From the NCBI GenBank assembly GCA_049513975.1, contig JBEKVM010000005.1, positions 6,991 through 70,990 on the forward strand: DNA of 64,000 bases. Direction: 5' to 3'. The first letter of the stretch is position 1; the number at the start of each line of letters is the position of its first letter. Shown one piece after another: positions 28,491 through 40,351 of this stretch. The notes beneath the pieces were generated by a model. That model did not search any database. It had not been told where the DNA came from and saw nothing but the letters and a program-made list of their open reading frames with translations. The DNA comes from Verrucomicrobiota bacterium (GTDB lineage Bacteria > Verrucomicrobiota > Verrucomicrobiia > Limisphaerales > Palsa-1400). The position numbers were made by a program, and so were the translations under genes.

Positions 28491-29350
28491 ACCGACAGCC
28501 ACCGCGCGTGCTTCCGTCCTCCAGGGCTGCTTTGGGCGTGCTGCTGCCGCCATTTTCCGGGGCTGACCCCAAATCGTTTCTTAAACAACAGGCTGAAAAG
28601 ACTGTTGGACTGGTAGCCGCTGGTCAGCGCCACCTCCACCACTTTGGCGTTGGAGTTGGCCAGCATCTCGCAGGCCTTGACCAGCCGCAATTCCGTTTGT
28701 TTCTCGCGAAACGAGGCCCCCACCTCCGCCCGGAACAGCCGGCTCAGATGCCGCGGACTGCAACACATCTTCGGCGCCAGCTCCGTCAGCGAAAGCTCCA
28801 CAAATTCCGAGGCCGCCATTTGGTTGAGCAACCGTCTCAAGCGGCCGCGCCCGTCCACTTCCCGCGCCCCCTCCGCCGGCTGCTCCTCGAATTCCGTGCC
28901 GAACAAATCCGCAAAAAGCTGCAGCAATTGCAGCCGCGCCGCCAGATTGGAGGCGCTGTAATTAAGGCAAAGCTTTTTGAACCGTTCCGCCACCGCATGC
29001 TCCGGCCCCAGCACCCGCACCGCCCCCTCTTCCGCCGACGCGGCCGTTTTGAACGAGTGCTGCTCGCGCAAGCTCAGCAGACCGGTCAGTTTCTCCGGTT
29101 CCAGGTAAAAAAATGCGATTTCCACTCCGCTCAACTGGCTGGCGCACAACCCGCCCCGGGTGGCCCGGGTCAGCACCAGCGCCGACCCCGCCGGTATTTC
29201 CCGCGCCCCGCCCGGTTCCTGCCAATAACAAATCCCGCTCTTAACCTGCAGGAAGCACCAGCCGCGGAATTGAGGCATCCACTCCCCGCCCTCGGGCAGC
29301 TTCCGCTCGTGGATCATTAAATGCGGCTCAAACAGAGGTTTCGTTCTCAT
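28487..29350 (-). CDS. AraC-family transcriptional regulator
   Basis: SPRHLSRLFRAEVG, VALTSGYQSNSLFSLLFKKRFGVSPGKWR double HTH. Confidence 0.9.
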   Translation of the reverse strand: MRTKPLFEPHLMIHERKLPEGGEWMPQFRGWCFLQVKSGICYWQEPGGAREIPAGSALVLTRATRGGLCASQLSGVEIAFFYLEPEKLTGLLSLREQHSFKTAASAEEGAVRVLGPEHAVAERFKKLCLNYSASNLAARLQLLQLFADLFGTEFEEQPAEGAREVDGRGRLRRLLNQMAASEFVELSLTELAPKMCCSPRHLSRLFRAEVGASFREKQTELRLVKACEMLANSNAKVVEVALTSGYQSNSLFSLLFKKRFGVSPGKWRQQHAQSSPGGRKHARWLSV

Positions 29351-29582
29351 GCCCTCTGAGATTGGCAGCGGCATATTACAAAAGACCGTCAACTTTGTTA
29401 CGATTGCGAAACGATTGTCGCACCGGAAAACGCCTCCGTCTTGGGCGGCAGGGCGGGCGCTCCGCCTCCTTCGCCCTGGCCTTGGCGACGGCGCATGCCC
29501 GCCAAGAGCGTGTCCGTGTTTGTCCGTGCCTTTCCTATCCCTCCCCTGCCTCCCATATTTCCCGTGATGCAGAATGGGAACG

Positions 29583-31400
29583 CTACGGGCCGCGCAGCCA
29601 GTCTTTCAGGATGGCCGCTTGCAGGGCAGTGGGATGGGGCTGCGGAGTGATGGCGAAGGTGGAATTGCCCATCTTTCGGCCCAAAGTTATCTTCGCGGTG
29701 TGCGCTGCGCCGGCGCGGGAATAGACCACTTCAATCTCGTCGCCCGGCTTCCTGGCATCCAGCAGTTGGCTGAAGGACGCGGCATTGACCGCCGCGCCGT
29801 CGGCCGTGACGATTTCGTCCTGCGCCAGAAGGCCGGCCTGGGCGGCGGAGGAAAGCGGTTCCACGGCGGTGACGGTGAGCTTGCCGTTGTTGTCGCGCAC
29901 CATCGCGCCAAAAGCGCCGCCGGGCAGTTCCTTGGGCATCACAATGTCCAGGCCCGCGTAGTCAAAATACTTGGGATAATCCACCGGCTTGGTCGTGTAG
30001 GCGCAGTCGAACTCCTCGTCCAGCCTGGCCCCGGCCATGCGCTCGCACATCCCGCGAAATTCCTGGTCGGTGAAGCCGCGCTTCTTTTCCTGGTAATACT
30101 CCTTGTAGAGGCCGCGCATGACGTCATCGAGGGACTTTTTGTTTTGCGACTCATGCCGGATCTTCAAGTCGAGCACGGTGGCGACCAGGTTCCCTTTGTC
30201 GTAATAGCTGACCGTCAGCCTGGGACCGCCGCGGTTGGCGCCGCCGGAACGCTGGTCCCATTGCTTCCAGCTCGCCTCCGCCACCGACTGATAAAGATGG
30301 CCGGGGCTGTTTTCGTAGCTGGCGATGGCGCCGGACAACCCGGGAAAACCTCGCGCGCCGCCCGTGCCGTTCAACACATCCTCCACCTCCAGCAGGCCGG
30401 CGCGGCGCAGCACGATCCAGGCGTAATAGTCGGTGAACCCCTCGGAAACCCACAGCATTTTAGTCCGGTTCTCGTGCTCGTAATCAAACGGGCCCAGCGC
30501 GATGGGCCGGATGCGCTTGACGTTGTAATTATGAAAATACTCGTGCGCTACGAAACTCAGCCAATGCTTGTTCCTCATCGGGTTGCCCACGTCCGCCCCG
30601 GTGAACGGCAGCGTCGTTTCATCCAGATGCTCGATGCCGGCGTTGCGGCCGGCCACGATGAAGGTGTAATGCTTGTAGCCAATGTCCCCCATCAGCGTCG
30701 TGGCCGATTCCACCATGCGCTTGAGGTCGGTGACGAATTTCTCGCGGTCAAACTGGCCCAGGTTCAGGCCGTCGAATTCGTGGTGGATGCCCCGCACCTC
30801 AAACGGCACGACCTCCAGCTTGCCCAGCAATGTCGGGCAGTCATACAGAATGTCGAAGTCCGGCGCGTAAAAAGTATTGCTCCGGCCGGCAACAGGGTCC
30901 AGCCCGGTGGCGATGGTCGTCCAGCCTTCCTTGGGTTTTATCGTCACCGTGACGGGGTGCAGGATTTGGCCGTCCAGGTGCATGTAGGTGTCGGTGGGCG
31001 CGATGAAGCCGCTGTTCTCGCTCAAGCTGGTTTGGGAAGCCGCCTGCCCGGGGATGACATCGTAACGGACGGTGACAGTGGCCGCGCCGCCGGATTGGAC
31101 CCGCCAGGTGTTGGTGTCGGCCTTGGTCCACGCCAGCGGGTGCCCCGCCGCGTCCAGAGCGGTGAAATTGGTGACGTTTTTGGCGTAGTTCATCATCTGG
31201 TAAGCTCCTGGCATCCAGGCCGGCATGATGAAATCATGCATCCCGCCTTTCAGCCCGTCGCAATGGAATTCGACATGGCAAAGCCGGTCGGCGGGATGTT
31301 CCAGGGAGACGACGAACGACAAGGTTTCCGGCGGCGGCCGGACGAACGGCGCGCAGGAGGTCAAGGCCAACGCCGTCAATAATATGAATGCGCGTTTCAT
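29583..31400 (-). CDS. M61 (glycyl aminopeptidase) family metallopeptidase with PDZ domain, lipoprotein; copy 2
   Basis: MPAWMPGAY, GIEH, AHEYFH, KRIRP, WVSEGFT, SYYDKG; PDZ; lipobox LTSC. Confidence 0.92.
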   Translation of the reverse strand: MKRAFILLTALALTSCAPFVRPPPETLSFVVSLEHPADRLCHVEFHCDGLKGGMHDFIMPAWMPGAYQMMNYAKNVTNFTALDAAGHPLAWTKADTNTWRVQSGGAATVTVRYDVIPGQAASQTSLSENSGFIAPTDTYMHLDGQILHPVTVTIKPKEGWTTIATGLDPVAGRSNTFYAPDFDILYDCPTLLGKLEVVPFEVRGIHHEFDGLNLGQFDREKFVTDLKRMVESATTLMGDIGYKHYTFIVAGRNAGIEHLDETTLPFTGADVGNPMRNKHWLSFVAHEYFHNYNVKRIRPIALGPFDYEHENRTKMLWVSEGFTDYYAWIVLRRAGLLEVEDVLNGTGGARGFPGLSGAIASYENSPGHLYQSVAEASWKQWDQRSGGANRGGPRLTVSYYDKGNLVATVLDLKIRHESQNKKSLDDVMRGLYKEYYQEKKRGFTDQEFRGMCERMAGARLDEEFDCAYTTKPVDYPKYFDYAGLDIVMPKELPGGAFGAMVRDNNGKLTVTAVEPLSSAAQAGLLAQDEIVTADGAAVNAASFSQLLDARKPGDEIEVVYSRAGAAHTAKITLGRKMGNSTFAITPQPHPTALQAAILKDWLRGP

Positions 31401-31480
31401 GTTCTGATAGTACGGATGGGGAATCCGTTGGCAAGGCATTCGCGGCCTCGCCTGGTTGTGTCGCTTGCAGCCTCTTGGCG

Positions 31481-33301
31481 CTACGGGCCGCGCAGCCAGT
31501 CTTTCAGGATGGCCGCTTGCAGCGCGGTGGGTTGGGGCTGCGGGGTGATGGCGAAGGTGGAATCGCCCATCTTTCGGCCCAACGCGATCTTCGCGGTGTG
31601 CGTTGCGCCGGCGCGGGAATAGACCACTTCAATCGCGTCGCCCGGCTTCTTGGCATCCAGCAGTTGGCTGAAGGACGCGGCATTGACCGCCGCGCCGTCG
31701 GCGGTGACGATTTCATCCTGCGCGAGAAGGCCGGCTTGGGCGGAGGAGGAAAGGGGTTCCACGGCGGTGACGGTGAGCTTGCCGTTGTTGTCGCGCACCA
31801 TCGCGCCTAAAGCGCCGCCGGGCAGTTCCTTGGGCATCACAATGTCCAGGCCGGCATAGTCGAAATACTTGGGATAGTCCACCGGCTTGGTCGTGTAGGC
31901 GTAGTCGAACTCCTCGTCCAGCGTGGCCCCGGCCATGCGCTCGCACATCCCGCGAAATTCCTGGTCGGTGAAGCCGCACTTCTTTTCCTGGTAATACTCC
32001 TTGTAGAGGCCGCGCATGACGTCATCGAGCGACTTTTTGTTTTGCGACTCATGCCGGATTTTCAAGTCGAGCAAGGTGGCCAGCACGGGGCCTTTGTCAT
32101 AATAGCTGATGGTCAGCCGGGGGCCGCCGCGGTTGGAGCCGCCGAAGGAAGGCTGGTCCCATTCATTCCAGCTCGCCTCCGCCGCCGTCTGGTAAAGATG
32201 GCCGGGCGAGTTCTCGTAGGCGGCGATGGACAGGGACAAACCGCGAAAGCCCCGGTCCCCGCCCGATCCGTTCAACACGTCCTCCACCTCCAGCAGGCCG
32301 GCGCGGCGCAGGATGATCCATTCGTAATAGACGGTGAAGCCTTCGGAAACCCAGAGCATTTTGGTCCGGTTTTCGTGCTCGTAATCAAACGGGCCCAGCG
32401 CGATGGGCCGGATGCGCTTGACGTTGTAAAGATGAAAATACTCGTGCGCCACGAAACTCAGCCATCGCTTGTTCCGCGCCGGCGTGGACACGTCCGCGCT
32501 GCTAAATGGGAGCGTTGTTTCATCCAGATGCTCGATGCCGCCGCCGCGGCCGCTGACGATGAACGTATAATGTTTGTAAGGAATATCCCCCATCAATGTC
32601 GTGGCCGATTCCACCATGCGCTTGAGGTCGCTGACGAATTTCCCCCGGTCAAAGTCACCCAGGTTCAGGCCGTCGAATTCGTGGTGGATGCCCCGCACTT
32701 CAAACGGCACCACCTCCAGCTTGCCCAGCAACGTCGGGCAGTCATACAGAATATCGAAGTTCGGCGCGTAAAAGGTGTTGCTCCGGCCGGCAACCGGGTC
32801 CAGGCCGGTGGCGATGGTGGTCCAGCCTTCCTTGGGCTTTAGGGTGACGGTCACTGGGTGCAGGATTTGGCCGTCCAGATGCATGTAGGTGCCGGTGGGC
32901 GCGAGGTAGGCGCTGGCCTCGCTCAAGCTGCTCTGGAAAATCGCCTGGCCGGCGATGACATCGTAGCTCACCGTGAGGACGGCGCCGCCGCCGGATTGGA
33001 CCCGCCAGGTGTTGCTGTCGGTCTTGGCCCACTCCAGCGCGCGGCCCGCGCCGTCCCGGGCGGTGAAATTGGTGACGTTTTTGGCGTAGTTCATCATCCG
33101 GTAATACCCGGGCGTCCAGGCCGGCATGATGAAGTCGTGCGTCCCGCTTTTCAGCCCGTCGCAATGAAAATCCACGTGACAAAGCCTGTCGGCGGGATGT
33201 TCCAGCGAGACGACGAACGACAAGGTTTCCGGCGGCGGCCGGACGAACGGCGCGCAGGAGGTCAAGGCCAATGCCGTCAATACTAGGAATATGCTCTTCA
33301 T
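31481..33301 (-). CDS. M61 family metallopeptidase with PDZ domain, lipoprotein; copy 1
   Basis: Same motifs (MPAWTPGYY, GGGIEH, AHEYFH); close tandem paralogue. Confidence 0.92.
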   Translation of the reverse strand: MKSIFLVLTALALTSCAPFVRPPPETLSFVVSLEHPADRLCHVDFHCDGLKSGTHDFIMPAWTPGYYRMMNYAKNVTNFTARDGAGRALEWAKTDSNTWRVQSGGGAVLTVSYDVIAGQAIFQSSLSEASAYLAPTGTYMHLDGQILHPVTVTLKPKEGWTTIATGLDPVAGRSNTFYAPNFDILYDCPTLLGKLEVVPFEVRGIHHEFDGLNLGDFDRGKFVSDLKRMVESATTLMGDIPYKHYTFIVSGRGGGIEHLDETTLPFSSADVSTPARNKRWLSFVAHEYFHLYNVKRIRPIALGPFDYEHENRTKMLWVSEGFTVYYEWIILRRAGLLEVEDVLNGSGGDRGFRGLSLSIAAYENSPGHLYQTAAEASWNEWDQPSFGGSNRGGPRLTISYYDKGPVLATLLDLKIRHESQNKKSLDDVMRGLYKEYYQEKKCGFTDQEFRGMCERMAGATLDEEFDYAYTTKPVDYPKYFDYAGLDIVMPKELPGGALGAMVRDNNGKLTVTAVEPLSSSAQAGLLAQDEIVTADGAAVNAASFSQLLDAKKPGDAIEVVYSRAGATHTAKIALGRKMGDSTFAITPQPQPTALQAAILKDWLRGP

Positions 33302-33340
33302 AAAATCAGGCCCCGCCTCCGCCGCCGCTCCATTCGGAGC

Positions 33341-33408
33341 TGTAGCGGCGGTCTGTGCGCCGCAAATCCGCGCCTTTTGATTTGCGACGGTCACAGACCG
33401 CCGCTACA
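33341..33408. repeat. GTAG-type REP doublet
   Basis: TGTAGCGGCGGTCTGTG / CACAGACCGCCGCTACA, a perfect 17-bp inverted repeat. Confidence 0.85.
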
Positions 33409-33416
33409 AGAGTCAT

Positions 33417-35903
33417 TCAATGCTCCGCTTTCATCCAGACTTCGGAACGCACCGGGCCGCCCCGGCCGCCCCGGCCGCCGCTGGAACCGCCGCCCACCGC
33501 GGCGGCCTGGGTGGTTGCGCCGGGCGCGTTGGTGGACGTGTTCCCGGCATAGTTAATGGAGGCGTCGCCGCCGACCGCGGGGGCGGGGCCGGCCTGGCCA
33601 AGACGATTGAGGCGGGCGTAATTGGGAATGGCCAGCAGCGGGCTGCCGTCGGCCCAGGTGCCGGCGATGGCCATGACGCCGTGCAGGAGGTCCGGCCGCC
33701 ATACTGCCTTCAACGGCCCGGTGCCAATGGCATTGGTGATGGCGGCGTTGTCCGCCCGTTCCACATTGTAAAGCAGTGGTCCATAACGCAGCGCCTCCAG
33801 TCCCCTGTCCGCCGCGATTTTCGGGTCGGCGGTGATGCGCTGGACTTCCATGGGCAGCACGACCTCAATCCGGTCGCCGGCGTGCCAGGTGCGCTTGATG
33901 GCGGCATAACCCTTGTCAATTTGCGGCGTCATCTTTTGGCCGTTGACGGCCAGGGAAACCAGGCCGCTGACCCGGGGGGTTTCGGTGTAGAGCGCGCTCG
34001 TGCTCCGGTTGGGCGCGCGCACATAAACCGTGAAGGTTTTTGATTCCTTCGGATTGACAGTGATGGCAACATGGCCGCTCCACGGATAATCGGTCTTTTG
34101 CACCATTTGCACCTCGGTCTGGCCGTCGGAGCCGGCAACCTTTTCCACGTTGATGGTGCTGCCGATGAAAAGATTGACGTAGAGGCCGTCGTCGCCCCGG
34201 ACATAAGTCCAGGTGGGCAGCATCAGGAGCGTGCGGGGGATGTTGCCGACGCAGCACGGGCAGGCGTGCCAGGGGGTGCGCCGGCCGTCCACCAGCGGGT
34301 TGTCATAAAAAAAGGTCTGGCCTTCCAGATCGGTCGCCCCCAGCAGGGCGTTGTAGAGCGATTCCTCGTATAAATCGGCGTACTTCGCGTCGTGGTAGGC
34401 CAGGTTCATTTTGTATTGGAAGAAAATCAGGCCGCACGTCGAGCAGGATTCGCAGTAGGCGCCGTTGCGCAGGGAATAGTTCGGGCCGAACCCCTCCGAC
34501 GTTTCGCCGCTGCCGATGCCGCCCGTCACGTAATACTTCTTGTTGACTATATTGTCCCACAGGGAAAGGACCGCGCTCTGGTAATCGGTGTCATGCGTTT
34601 CCGCCGCCACGTCCGCCATGCCGGAGTAGGTGTAGGCGGCGCGCACGGCGTGGCCCACCGCCTCATACTGCTTTATCATGGGCAGGTGGCTCTGATCGTA
34701 TTCCGAGCCGCCCTGGCGGGAATCGAGGAGAAATTTGGCCAGCTTCACGTAGGCATCGCCGCGGCCATGCCCCTCCATGTCGTTGACGAACCGCCCAAAG
34801 CGGACCAGCGCCTGCTCCATCTCCTGATGGCCGTCGAACCAGACTTTTTTCCCCGGTTCCGGCCCGATGTGGGCCACCCAGCAATCCGCCAGCTTCTTGG
34901 CCGCGTCATACAGGCGCGTGTCCTTGCCCCCGGTCATGGTATAATGATTGATGGCGGATTCGATGAAGTAGCCCGCGGTGTAGCCTTCGTGATTGCCCCG
35001 AAAGGCCGGCGACCAGTGTTCGGTCCAGCGTGAATCGGGCGGCCGGGCGGTGAACGCGGTTTGCAGATAGCCGTCCGGTTCCTGGGCGGCGAGAATCTTG
35101 GGAATCCAATCCTCCAGGGTGGCGTGGAATTTCTCCTGGGCCTTGATGATGTCCGGGTCGCCCCGCGGATCAATCATCAGGGCGATGCACATGGCCTCGA
35201 CCGTTTGATGAACCCACGCGTTGGCGAACACATAACCTTTGTGCGGCGTGTAAGGCTCCCCGCGCAACGCTTTCGCCGCTTCGATGAAATTGTCAATCCC
35301 CCCCTGGACCTGCGTCAGGTTGGTGCGGTTGATCTGGTCAATGCAATGGGGAATCCAGCCGGCGATCAACGACTTGGCCCGGTCGTTCCAGAGCGGGCTG
35401 TCAATCACATAGTTCTTCGTATAGACGACATCCAGCCGGTCCTTGGGCGGCGCCTCCGCCACCCGCACCGTCAGGGTGGAGGAGAGGTTGGTCGCGCTGT
35501 TCTGCCCGCTCATCTTTAAAACATAAGTGCCGGTTTGGGAGAAGGCGGCGCTCGTTTCCGCCTTGCCTTCCTCGGCGAATGTCACCGTGCCCGGGCCGGA
35601 AGCCTTGCTCCAGGCGACCGTTACCGCCGGCCCGGTGCGGGCCGAAGCGCCTCCGCCGCCATTGCGCCGTCCGCCGCCCCCGCCCCGTCGCGCGGGGTTG
35701 TTATACCCGGCATACCCCTGGAGGTAGGTTTTTCCCGGCATCACCACATCGCGATCAATGCCGGCGTCCACATACAAATCCGGCGGCGGCGCCGGAGCCT
35801 CGGCGGCGGGCGGGGTGGCAGCGGTAGTGACATTGGTATCCTGGGCATAAGCCGCGCCGGCCAGCAGGGCCGGGAAGAGACAAAAGAGGGCGACTTTTTT
35901 CAT
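33417..35903 (-). CDS. GH127 beta-L-arabinofuranosidase-like protein with N-terminal Ig/PKD-like domain
   Basis: AQEPDGYL, GHAVRA, YYVTGGIGS, EGFG, YCESCS, CPCCVGN; signal peptide. Confidence 0.9.
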   Translation of the reverse strand: MKKVALFCLFPALLAGAAYAQDTNVTTAATPPAAEAPAPPPDLYVDAGIDRDVVMPGKTYLQGYAGYNNPARRGGGGGRRNGGGGASARTGPAVTVAWSKASGPGTVTFAEEGKAETSAAFSQTGTYVLKMSGQNSATNLSSTLTVRVAEAPPKDRLDVVYTKNYVIDSPLWNDRAKSLIAGWIPHCIDQINRTNLTQVQGGIDNFIEAAKALRGEPYTPHKGYVFANAWVHQTVEAMCIALMIDPRGDPDIIKAQEKFHATLEDWIPKILAAQEPDGYLQTAFTARPPDSRWTEHWSPAFRGNHEGYTAGYFIESAINHYTMTGGKDTRLYDAAKKLADCWVAHIGPEPGKKVWFDGHQEMEQALVRFGRFVNDMEGHGRGDAYVKLAKFLLDSRQGGSEYDQSHLPMIKQYEAVGHAVRAAYTYSGMADVAAETHDTDYQSAVLSLWDNIVNKKYYVTGGIGSGETSEGFGPNYSLRNGAYCESCSTCGLIFFQYKMNLAYHDAKYADLYEESLYNALLGATDLEGQTFFYDNPLVDGRRTPWHACPCCVGNIPRTLLMLPTWTYVRGDDGLYVNLFIGSTINVEKVAGSDGQTEVQMVQKTDYPWSGHVAITVNPKESKTFTVYVRAPNRSTSALYTETPRVSGLVSLAVNGQKMTPQIDKGYAAIKRTWHAGDRIEVVLPMEVQRITADPKIAADRGLEALRYGPLLYNVERADNAAITNAIGTGPLKAVWRPDLLHGVMAIAGTWADGSPLLAIPNYARLNRLGQAGPAPAVGGDASINYAGNTSTNAPGATTQAAAVGGGSSGGRGGRGGPVRSEVWMKAEH

Positions 35904-36119
35904 ATTAAACCGATTGAGCTTCGACCGTGCTTTCCAGAGCCATCGCGGCACGCCTGCCGGGGCGGGAACACGGCTCTTGGAGGACGGGCGCGGGTTTCAT
36001 TTCGCCAAGGATTAGCCAAGGGCCGGGGGAGAGTCAAGGCCGGGTTTCGGCCACCAGATTGGCCGCAGCACGCGGAGCCACAACCGAAGCCGGAATTGCC
36101 CGCAGGTCACGCGAACTCC

Positions 36120-36147
36120 TTGCCAACTGACTTCCCAACCTTAATAT
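36120..36147 (+). promoter_or_regulatory. Putative sigma70 promoter upstream of the recQ remnant and dprA
   Basis: TTGCCA-16 bp-TAATAT. Confidence 0.4.
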
Positions 36148-36193
36148 CAAAGCCGCTTGAATGAACTTGCGTCACCGCTGATTTGAACCTGCT

Positions 36194-36254
36194 GTGCCGT
36201 ACAACCCAACACGCGCCCTTGAACTGCTTCGCCTCGGCACACGCTGACGAATGA
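36194..36254 (+). pseudogene. Internally deleted RecQ-like helicase gene (only the ends remain)
   Basis: GTG-PYNPTRALELLRLG joined to HADE* in another frame, whose TGA overlaps the dprA ATG. Confidence 0.55.
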
Positions 36255-37549
36255 TGACGCCGGTGACAACGAACACGCAGGCCATTCTGCTGCTGACCGC
36301 TCCGCTAATTGCCGGACGCAACGAAGGGTCCGCTGATTTACTGACTTTGACAGAATACAACCGGCTCGCCCGCATTTTGCGCGAAAAGCAAAAGCAACCG
36401 GCGGATTTGATCGGACCGGATGCCGGGGAAACGATCCGTGTTTGCGCCGGGGCGTTTGGCGGGGAGCGCCTGGAGAGCCTGCTGGGCCGCGGGTTTTTGC
36501 TCAGCCAGGCGGTGGATCGCTGGAATGCCCGCGCCATCTGGGTGGTCAGTCGCGCCGATGCCACCTACCCGCCACGCCTCAAAATCCGGCTCAAAGAGGA
36601 CGCCCCGCCGGTTCTCTATGGTTGCGGGGATGCGGCGTTGCTGGACACCGGCGGTCTGGCGGTGGTTGGCTCACGGCATGTGGATGACGAACTGATTTCC
36701 TACACGGAAAATATTGGCAAGCTCGCCGCCCAAGCGGGTCGCACGCTCATCTCCGGCGCGGCCAAGGGCATAGACCGCGCGGCGATGCGCGGAGCGTTGC
36801 AGGCCGGTGGCGCCGTCGCCGGGGTGATGGCGGACAGTCTGGAGCAGGGCGCACTTGCCAGGGACAATCGCGAGCCATTGATGGATCACAAGCTGGCGTT
36901 GATTTCTCCTTACGATCCGGCGGCTGGCTTCAATGTGGGACACGCCATGCAGCGCAACAAGGTGATCTACGCATTGGCCGATGCGGCGCTGGTGGTCACC
37001 TCGGATTTCGAGAAGGGGGGAACGTGGGCTGGCGCCATCGAGCAGTTGGAGAAACTGCATTTTGTTCCAGTTTTCGTGCGCGACGGTGCCCACGCCGGAA
37101 AAGGAAACGCAGCCCTTTTGCAGAACGGGGCGCTCCCTTGGCCGGATCCCCATGATTTCGCTGAACTCTCCGAGGCCCTTGCAAAGGCCTTGGAAGACCG
37201 GGCTGCGGAACCAAAGCAGGAACCCCTTGCGCTCGTACTGCGCGAGCAGTCCGCCTCCTATAAAAGCTCGAAGACGACAGAGCCTTCACCTGCTCTCCCG
37301 CCGAAGGTCGAACTGGATCCGCACCAACCAAGCGCGACGCCGGCGGAGGCGCTTTTTAACTCAGTTCGTGAGATTCTCGCTCATGAACTGGCCGAACCCA
37401 GGAGTGAGGCGGAAGTGGCCGATCTGCTCAAAGTCTCAAAGTCCCAGGCAAAGGCCTGGCTGACGAAGTTAGTTATGGATGGGAAATTGGAGAAAGTTGC
37501 CAAGCCCCCCCGTTACCGTGTCGCTGGAACTTCGGGGCGTTTGCTGTGA
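36251..37549 (+). CDS. dprA: DprA/Smf-family DNA-processing protein (island-associated type)
   Basis: [48 protein letters not shown]; C-terminal HTH-like segment. Confidence 0.9.
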   Translation: MMTPVTTNTQAILLLTAPLIAGRNEGSADLLTLTEYNRLARILREKQKQPADLIGPDAGETIRVCAGAFGGERLESLLGRGFLLSQAVDRWNARAIWVVSRADATYPPRLKIRLKEDAPPVLYGCGDAALLDTGGLAVVGSRHVDDELISYTENIGKLAAQAGRTLISGAAKGIDRAAMRGALQAGGAVAGVMADSLEQGALARDNREPLMDHKLALISPYDPAAGFNVGHAMQRNKVIYALADAALVVTSDFEKGGTWAGAIEQLEKLHFVPVFVRDGAHAGKGNAALLQNGALPWPDPHDFAELSEALAKALEDRAAEPKQEPLALVLREQSASYKSSKTTEPSPALPPKVELDPHQPSATPAEALFNSVREILAHELAEPRSEAEVADLLKVSKSQAKAWLTKLVMDGKLEKVAKPPRYRVAGTSGRLL

Positions 37550-37659
37550 CCAGGAGAGGCTCGTCCGGCTGGGTTGCTTAATACGCCGGCAAGGGAAGTG
37601 TGCAAAAAAACAAGAAAGGGGTTGGCAATTCACGGCCTCCGTGGCATTTGTCATGCCCT

Positions 37660-40107
<2,448 letters not shown>

Positions 40108-40112
40108 TGTTC

Positions 40113-40262
40113 CGGGGGAGCATACGCGCCCTCGCGTGTAATGGCCGGCGCCCTCGCCAGCCACCTCTTTGCGCATTACACTTGATATTGAACTGGCGAA
40201 CAGTGGGTGTTTGGGGAGCGCGGGCGTCCTCGTCCGCCGCGTTCGGCGTCCCGCCGAACGCT
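40113..40262. repeat. Two palindromic GGGAG-type repeats in the hppA 3' intergenic region
   Basis: GGGGAGCATACGCGCCCTCGCGTGT and GGGGAGCGCGGGCGTCCTCGTCCGC...TTCGGCGTCCCGCCGAA; similar to the reverse complement of the element near 3462-3504. Confidence 0.5.
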
Positions 40263-40351
40263 CTTCAGGTGCGGCATTCTCGTCTTGGGCGGGGGTTGGG
40301 GGATGACCTGGCGGCTTGACCTTTCCTCCGTCCTCCGTCATTGCTTCTTCC

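Noticed and set aside
40108-40350. Cobalamin riboswitch upstream of the BtuF-like gene
   Set aside because: No B12-box or other conserved elements; the structure is explained by REP-like palindromes.
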